Assembly (NCBI RefSeq): GCF_009914755.1
Contig: NC_060942.1
DNA from: the human T2T-CHM13v2.0 reference genome, Homo sapiens
Strand: one strand, 5' to 3'
Length of the DNA: 64,000 nucleotides
A program made the position numbers and the translations under genes. The notes under the pieces are model-generated. The model was not told where the DNA came from. It did no database searches and saw only the letters and a list, made by a program, of their open reading frames with translations. Below are positions 61,236 through 64,000 of the stretch, one piece after another (within the stretch, counting starts at the first letter, position 1; each line of letters opens with the position of its first letter).

Positions 61236-63035
61236 TTGAAGTTTAGGAGATTTGGAAATATATTGACTTAGAAAGGAAAATGATCAGTTTAGTCTACAAC
61301 ATGCTAAAGCTGAGGGAATCCAAAGACAAGAGATGTTCTGTACATTTGGATAAAAAGGAGCTGAAACTGGGTTGAGAAGTAAGAGCTAAGAATACTGAAA
61401 ATAGAGGGCAGTATGATTCAGAGGCTAGAAAAAAAAATACAGAGTCAAGAATTGATATTAGGGTAAAATAAAAAGGAAAACCAATAAAAACAATAAAGAA
61501 TGAATCAATGTAAACGCGAGAGGAACAAAATGTTTCAGAAATATAGAAACTAAAGAAGACCATCTAAAAATGAAAAAGGAAAATGTGCCAATAGCTAAAG
61601 TGAGGTCAAGGAAGATCAAGACAGCTGGTTGACTATTTTACCTCCGTAGGACCTACTGCAGTATCAAACACATGGAGAATAAATATTTGTTGAGTGATGG
61701 AATACATGGACAGAATCTCACTTTTTAAAAAGTTTACCTGCAGATTACAATGAGCCTAAATTTTATCTGCTCAGGAATCCTGCCTTTAAATACTCACTAG
61801 CCACGACTTATTTCACTTCTAAAACTTAATAAAACCTCCAACTGATCCTTTTGTTTTGTTTGAGGATATTTTTGAAAAATATTACTTATCTGTTCTTATG
61901 CTTTTTGTATCTCCTTTGCCTTAAATAAGAAGTGTCAATACAAGAGGGTTGTAGGCATGAGAGAGGGCTGATCAAAGAACTGCTCATGCCTCAAATTCTA
62001 GTTACCACTGCATCTGAGTTTTTCCTCAAACCAGATACTGATGTTGGCCCTGAAAGCCTAAACTGCATATTAAAGACAGTTCCTTGTTAAAAAATAACTT
62101 ATTTTAGATAGCTTAAGTGGTGAACAAACCAGACCACCTTCACTGAAAAGTGCAGACAAACCTGAAACCAGCCTAAAGGAACTGCCATAATAATAAATCA
62201 TTTCCATAATAATTCAGAGTATATATGAGTACATTCATAAAACGATGACTGTGGTACAAGTCTGAGGAGTTTAATGACAAAAATAAGGCAGTTAAATGAA
62301 CACTGGGTTCAAGGGAATACAGTCATCCTAGGATGAGATACACTTCTACATATCTGAAAGAAGAATGACAGGGGAGAAATAACAGTTGAAATAATAGTTA
62401 CGTGTGTGGAAGGAGGCAACAGAGGGCGGAAAGTTTTAATTTAAAGAGATGGGATATTATGGGTGTGAAGGAAGTGTAGTGGATATGCTGGAGTGAAGTG
62501 GAGTGCTCATGAAAGCATCAACACAGATGGACTCCACATCTCAGTAGGTTAAGGCAAAGTCTCAGCAATAAACATCAGGGAGGATCACAGAAATCACTAA
62601 GGTTACCAGAGGTTGGGAAGAAAAGGGATGAGAAGGGATCACGGAGGGGGAACCAAATGAATTTATTAACGTTGAACTGTATGTACACTCAAAAATGGTA
62701 AATATGATAAACTCTCTATCTATACTTTACCTCAGTAAACAAAGTATGCCTGAGGGTAAAGACCACAGAGCAAGAGGGGGAGAGAGAGAGACAGAATATA
62801 TATGTTGTTGTCTTATGATAAGGCCATGTTTTATATGATAGAGTAACTATGATCAACTGTGTTATTAAACAGCATGAATCTCAAAAGTGATACACTTTTT
62901 GTTAACAAATGTACCATAAACATTCCCTCATGAGGGAAACATGAGGCTTCAAGTTAAATAAATTTTAAAAAAAAGTTCACCTAATCGAGAGTGAAGAAAC
63001 AATGTGGCAATTCTGCAGCCGGTCAAACTACTTAC

Positions 63036-63169
63036 CTGGTCATATCCATAAGGCCTCTGCTGGGGTGGCTGTGGTGGTCCAGGCTGTGTTGGTCTATATC
63101 CTCCATACTGCTGACCTTGTCCCTGTGGGTAGTTAGGATACTGAGGACCTGGACCACCCTGTGAAGGAC
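63036..63169 (-). CDS. SS18: SS18 penultimate coding exon (exon 10), QPGY low-complexity domain of the BAF subunit SS18
   Basis: ttttcag|GT CCT TCA CAG...TAT GAC CAG|gtaagt, 134 bp; translates GPSQGGPGPQYPNYPQGQGQQYGGYRPTQPGPPQPPQQRPYGYDQ, the SS18 sequence preceding the SSX fusion point. Confidence 0.97.
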
Positions 63170-63864
63170 CTGAAAATAATGTACACAACAAAAACCCACA
63201 TAAAAAGGTAAGTCCCTAGAACTCAGGGAAGGATGTGAACTACAGAGATGTTACTGTATTTTTCTATCTAAGCTAAAAAAAGATAGTTTGGTACCTTGAT
63301 TTCCTCAAATGCTTTCTGAAATAAATCTGGATGGTAATAATAAGAGTAAAAATACTGTAATGTTACTTCACTATAATTATCGTACTATGCCCTAGCCATT
63401 ACAAAATATATTTCAAAATGGGTAAAAAAGACTCAGGGAGTTGTAAAGCAGGTTAACTCCATGATGATAAGAAAATTAATCAATACGTCTGATAGCGTTA
63501 ACCAGCACAAGCAAGAGGAAAAAGAGAAAGCAAGAGGCAGATTCAAAGAAAAATACTGAAATAACTTCTGAATAAAGTGGAGGAATAAACGATATTTACA
63601 ACTGTATGACTCTAGATTTATATTTGCAATCACCAAAAGTATATGTCTATACTATGCATTGACAAATTTGTTACCAAAATATTTTAAAACAGAAACTAAA
63701 AACATGAAAACCCACAGGTTACATGTGAAAAAACTTGATTCAAAAGTCACACTGAGAATTAATCACCTTTAATACTTTACCCATAAAAATGATTACAAAT
63801 TCCAGAGATGGCAAGGGACTGACTTGGCTTGCTAAACAATATGTCTGTTTTATAAACTCTACTA

Positions 63865-64000
<136 letters not shown>

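Noticed and set aside
62949-63191. 80-aa ORF as a stand-alone gene
   Set aside because: It is the SS18 exon plus intronic flanks; splice sites define 63036-63169

Overview
Primate, almost certainly human, genomic DNA from the SS18 (SYT) locus region (18q11.2 by established knowledge). The right third holds the 3' end of SS18 on the minus strand. This comprises the penultimate coding exon (63036-63169, QPGY domain, ...QQRPYGYDQ), the ~14.0 kb last intron (the t(X;18) breakpoint intron of synovial sarcoma), the last exon encoding GQYGNYQQ-stop (48989-49015), and a ~2.1 kb 3' UTR with an antisense Alu ending at AATAAA 46904-46909. The left ~46 kb is intergenic and repeat-dense: Alus (about 36 in the whole window), MaLR and MER41 LTRs, old L1/L2/MIR fragments and DNA transposon remnants. 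Almost all ORFs in the supplied track are Alu/L1/microsatellite artefacts. I found no convincing new biological system. The best leads are: three MER41A-type LTRs within 3 kb, two of them head-to-tail with the same TTAT target duplication three times; three tandem GAS/STAT sites in apparently unique DNA at ~21.3 kb; a possible decayed TRIM RING/B-box fragment at ~9.8 kb; and several template-switch or duplication scars. Repeat subfamily names are from visual recognition only, and repeat boundaries are approximate.
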